Below are positions 36,024 through 39,189 of a DNA stretch of 39,189 bases, piece after piece. Below the pieces are notes generated by a model that saw only the letters and a program-made list of their open reading frames with translations, made no database searches and was not told the origin of the DNA. Every line of letters begins with the position of its first letter. The stretch's first letter is position 1. The DNA lies in IMG/VR virus record IMGVR_UViG_2703718862_000013; one strand, given 5' to 3'. Source of the stretch: a virus (taxonomy: Duplodnaviria; Heunggongvirae; Uroviricota; Caudoviricetes). The position numbers were made by a program, and so were the translations under genes.

Positions 36024-36063
36024 CTCGCTTGAGACAGCATTCTCCGAGACAGAAACCTCAAAT

Positions 36064-36098
36064 AACCTGAGTCACCCCTCGGGTTATTTTTTTTATTT
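36064..36098 (+). terminator. Terminator-like hairpin plus T-run on plus strand at the A/B junction
   Basis: AACCTGAG-tcacccc-CTCGGGTT followed by ATTTTTTTTATTT. Confidence 0.35.
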
Positions 36099-38188
36099 CA
36101 GGCCAGCGGATCATTTTCTTTTAATTTCGCTTCGAGCAGTTGCAAACCCCGCTGGAAATTACGCTCGTATTCTTCGTCAGGTTCATCGTCAGCGACTGGT
36201 TGCTGAACGGTCACCGTATTACCCACAGGGCGGTATATGTTTTCCAGCCATGGCTCCTGCGGCTTGTGCTCCAGCACGTTGACAACCTCATCCTCGGCAT
36301 CACGGATTTTTTCCTCTGCGCGTTTACGCATACCTTTAAGGCGCTGCTGCTGTTTGTAGTATTCCGCGCTGACAGGGAAGGCTTCGCGTTTATTGCCGTC
36401 CCATACCGCCTCGCAAATCACGCTGCCATCCGGGCGGCGTACGGTAATTCGTTCGGCATCATGAATGTCATAGCTGATAAGCACTTTGCGGCCATGTTCA
36501 TCACGCAGCTCGGGCGCGTAGTAAATATTATTCAGCCAGCGTATTTCACAGCGTCTTACAGGGCGTTCCACCATCGGCCGGAACATGTCCCGCAATTCCA
36601 CATCGGACAGCCATTCAATTTCCGTGTCCTCTTCCGCCAGGCGTTTTTTTCTGAACTCCGCCGGGCTGTAATGTTTACCGTTCGGCTTTATGGGTAATTC
36701 ATCGTGCGGCCGGTTGTTGTACCACTCAACGCCGTCACGAATGGCATCAATCAGTTCAGACCAGGACGGTAAATCACGCATCGCTGACTGCTGCCGGGCG
36801 TTCAGCCGCTTGCCCTGTTGCAGGGCACTGAATGCCGAGCGTAAATCGCGGTTGGTTTTACGTAACGTCTCGCGATCTGCACCTTTCCCGAAATAGGTGC
36901 GGTATTTACGGGCTATGCGCATCGGTAATGTGCGGTTAAGCCGTTCGATAATGCCCCGTCCCTGCGGATTACCGGCAATCCCGGTCGGGTGATTAATCCC
37001 CAGTCGCGGTAGTATCCCCACAACCTCCTTATCCAGGATGTCGGCCGTTTCCCCCGAGCCATTATCCGAGTAATACAGAAACGGTTTGCCGTGATGGCGA
37101 ATGCCGTGCTGTATGGCACCGGCTACGGCGAAAACATTTTCAGCCAGGTCAAGGCTCCAGCCCACCACAAAGCGCGTGCCACCGTCGATAACAAAGGTCA
37201 CTTCCGGTGCAAATGGTCGCCCGTGAACCGGGTGCGCACATTTCAGCTTCATGCCGTGACCGTCACCAATCCAGACATAATTCACCGGCATTCTGGACCA
37301 GTCGCGGCGCGTGAATCCCTCAAGCTGGCGGTATTCACTGCCGGTCACCCGGCCTTTTTGTTTCACCACTTCCGGCAGTTTCTTCATCGCGCGGCGAATG
37401 GTGTCATAAGAGGGCATGATATCGAGCATATAAGGCTCATCAGCGTGCCGGTGCTGCCATTCGGCGACAAAATCCTCGTAAGCCTCGGTCATTGGTCGGC
37501 CGTTTGACTGGCGATACTGCGCCAGAAACTCGGGCAACCAGCTAATATCTTCGGCTTTTATTTCCTGACGTTTACCCGGTGCCAGTAAAAGTAGGCGTTC
37601 AGCGGCGTTCTGCGCCTTGTTAAAGGCCGCAATCCAGCGTTTCAGCGTGATTTCACTCAACGCGCGGCTGTTTCCCTTTTTGGCGTTCGCCGTTTCAACC
37701 ATTGCCACAATGCGTTCGTCCAGTTGCGAGCGTGACAGACGGTCAACAATAAACCGGATAGCTTTAGCGCAGCTGAAACCGGGTTGTTGCGCGAATTTAA
37801 GCACCTCGCTGACAATCGCAATTCGTGCATCGGCCACCTGGCGCTGTTTTTCAGTCAGTGCATTGATACGTTCGACCATCAGTTGGGGTGATCCGCGATA
37901 TGCCTCCACCGCATCAACCACGGCAGGTGAGCGTCTGGCCTTTGTCACCACCGGAACCGGTGACTCATCGGCTTTTTGCGCCATCAGTTGCAGGGCGTAG
38001 CGTTCACGTAATGCCTGCTGCGTCACTTCAGGTAAACAGTCGATGCTGTATTCAGTTGCTTTAGATCCTGAGCGACGACGGGAACAACAGCTTTTCCCTT
38101 GTGCGTAACGTTGTAATGCCTGGCGAATACCTTTTGTAGTTGCAGGCATTCCGGGCGCACCAATCAGTTCTTTTGCAATGAAATACAT
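36098..38188 (-). CDS. A: MuA-like DDE transposase
   Basis: 696 aa; WIGDGHG and SDNGSGE catalytic-core-like motifs; N-terminal DNA-binding domain; between ner and B. Confidence 0.9.
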   Translation of the reverse strand: MYFIAKELIGAPGMPATTKGIRQALQRYAQGKSCCSRRRSGSKATEYSIDCLPEVTQQALRERYALQLMAQKADESPVPVVTKARRSPAVVDAVEAYRGSPQLMVERINALTEKQRQVADARIAIVSEVLKFAQQPGFSCAKAIRFIVDRLSRSQLDERIVAMVETANAKKGNSRALSEITLKRWIAAFNKAQNAAERLLLLAPGKRQEIKAEDISWLPEFLAQYRQSNGRPMTEAYEDFVAEWQHRHADEPYMLDIMPSYDTIRRAMKKLPEVVKQKGRVTGSEYRQLEGFTRRDWSRMPVNYVWIGDGHGMKLKCAHPVHGRPFAPEVTFVIDGGTRFVVGWSLDLAENVFAVAGAIQHGIRHHGKPFLYYSDNGSGETADILDKEVVGILPRLGINHPTGIAGNPQGRGIIERLNRTLPMRIARKYRTYFGKGADRETLRKTNRDLRSAFSALQQGKRLNARQQSAMRDLPSWSELIDAIRDGVEWYNNRPHDELPIKPNGKHYSPAEFRKKRLAEEDTEIEWLSDVELRDMFRPMVERPVRRCEIRWLNNIYYAPELRDEHGRKVLISYDIHDAERITVRRPDGSVICEAVWDGNKREAFPVSAEYYKQQQRLKGMRKRAEEKIRDAEDEVVNVLEHKPQEPWLENIYRPVGNTVTVQQPVADDEPDEEYERNFQRGLQLLEAKLKENDPLA

Positions 38189-38189
38189 A

Positions 38190-38438
38190 TCATGACGCCT
38201 TTCTCATATAGCTCTTAACCTGGTATCTGCTGGGCCAGATTTCTTCAGGTGACACACCAAGAGCATCAGCAATTATTTGTTGATATGGGCGGCAAGGGGT
38301 GCGTAATACGCTTTTCAGCGAATCCCTGCTGTAACCAGCCTTTAAAGATAAAGAGCGCAGTGATAAGCCAGCCATGTGCAGGCGCGCCTTGATGATTTCT
38401 GGCGGCCAATCGTGATCTGAAACTTCTCTTCTACTCAT
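38190..38438 (-). CDS. ner: Ner-like DNA-binding regulator
   Basis: ...IIADALGVSPEEIWPSRYQ matches recalled Mu Ner C-terminus; GAGGAA RBS. Confidence 0.8.
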   Translation of the reverse strand: MSRREVSDHDWPPEIIKARLHMAGLSLRSLSLKAGYSRDSLKSVLRTPCRPYQQIIADALGVSPEEIWPSRYQVKSYMRKAS

Positions 38439-38604
38439 ACTTCCTCTATTCTAAAAAGTTACCCGCACGGATATTCGGACGGATATCTGTACGGGTAAAC
38501 GATAGAACAAGAAAAGAACCAAATCAAGGTATTTTATTCTTTTTGTTCTTTATATTGTTTTCATCAATAAAATCAATTAGATAAGCGCGAAGGAACCTAA
38601 AGGC
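38439..38604. promoter_or_regulatory. Divergent early/repressor promoter-operator region
   Basis: Imperfect ~17-bp inverted repeat GTTACCCGCACGGATAT / ATATCTGTACGGGTAAA (38458-38499) containing direct repeats CGGATAT; AT-rich. Confidence 0.55.
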
Positions 38605-39189
38605 ATGAACATGAAAAAAAGTTCTTTTCTTGACGAAGGAAAAGAACCAGTAATCGAGCGAATATTTCGCCTTGCAGAGCGTTACAAATCGAGAAGTGAG
38701 GCGGCTAGGGCCTGGGGAATCAATATTCAGACATTGCAGAACTATTACAAAAGGAGAAACAATCAGCCACCACCACAGCCAAGAAAGCACCATCTCCAGA
38801 ACATTGCTGAAAAAGAACATGTATCAATGGAGTGGCTAATCTATGGTTATAATAATGAGTCAATCACAAAAAAAGAACTATTAGAACAAATAGAAAGAAC
38901 AAAAAAACAAGATGTAAATGATGGTGACTCCATCATCATGAGGGCGTGGGACTCGCTAACTTCATCTGAACAAGAGATTTTGTCCAATTTATTGATCAGA
39001 AAAGGGGCCGAGTTACTAACCATTTTACTTGATACTGATATTCAAAAGCTGCACTCATTGAGTGGGGTCAAAAGAGCATTGGCATTGAGTCTGCAAGAGT
39101 TACCCGATGATACTGTAAGAGAGATTTATGAAGAATGTGAGGCTAAGGTTAATCATTTAAATGTAACCCAGAAAAAGGCCGGTGCGTAA
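38605..39189 (+). CDS. Prophage repressor (c-position), HTH DNA-binding protein
   Basis: Divergent from ner; HTH-like SRSEAARAWGINIQTLQNYYKRR; AAGGAAC RBS; stop is last codon of window. Confidence 0.65.
   Translation: MNMKKSSFLDEGKEPVIERIFRLAERYKSRSEAARAWGINIQTLQNYYKRRNNQPPPQPRKHHLQNIAEKEHVSMEWLIYGYNNESITKKELLEQIERTKKQDVNDGDSIIMRAWDSLTSSEQEILSNLLIRKGAELLTILLDTDIQKLHSLSGVKRALALSLQELPDDTVREIYEECEAKVNHLNVTQKKAGA

Larger units (their letters stand above)
1..39189 (-). mobile_element. Mu-like transposable prophage, nearly complete, reverse orientation (mom end at 1, repressor at 39189)
   Basis: Full Mu gene order recognisable on minus strand: ner, A, B, gam, gemA, Mor/C, lysis, terminase, portal, head, tail, fibre, gin, com, mom; repressor divergent on plus strand. 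Confidence 0.9.

Noticed and set aside
38524-38820. Minus-strand 98-aa ORF overlapping the repressor gene
   Set aside because: Antisense to the repressor and runs through the AT-rich operator region.
1-39189. Tyrosine integrase, att site or flanking tRNA gene
   Set aside because: None found; a DDE transposase (A) with its ATPase partner (B) is present instead, as expected for a transposable phage. The one tRNA-like structure (21318-21405) is internal and incomplete.

Overview
The window is essentially one near-complete Mu-like transposable prophage of enterobacterial type, lying in reverse orientation to the conventional Mu map: the mom/right-end side is at coordinate 1 and the repressor (c side) is at the 3' edge. 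Almost all genes are on the minus strand, in Mu order: ner-A-B, early genes including gam and gemA, a Mor/C-family activator, a lysis cassette, terminase, portal, head, tail, baseplate, tail fibre, gin and com-mom. Only the repressor, one small moron and the silent half of the invertible tail-fibre segment are on the plus strand. Unusual content: (1) an asymmetric Gin-invertible tail-fibre segment in which only one orientation has an assembly chaperone; (2) a 693-aa NanS-p-like sialate O-acetylesterase cargo gene between gin and com-mom; (3) an AT-rich plus-strand moron bracketed by two copies of the same terminator hairpin between gemA and the activator gene; (4) an in-frame TAG interrupting the gp36/J-like gene; (5) a perfect hexanucleotide repeat encoding (Ala-Glu)n; (6) a tail-chaperone overlap with -2/+1 geometry. 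Protein calls rest on my recollection of family signatures and on synteny; no database search was run. Most plus-strand six-frame ORFs over the structural genes are antisense artefacts and were not called.
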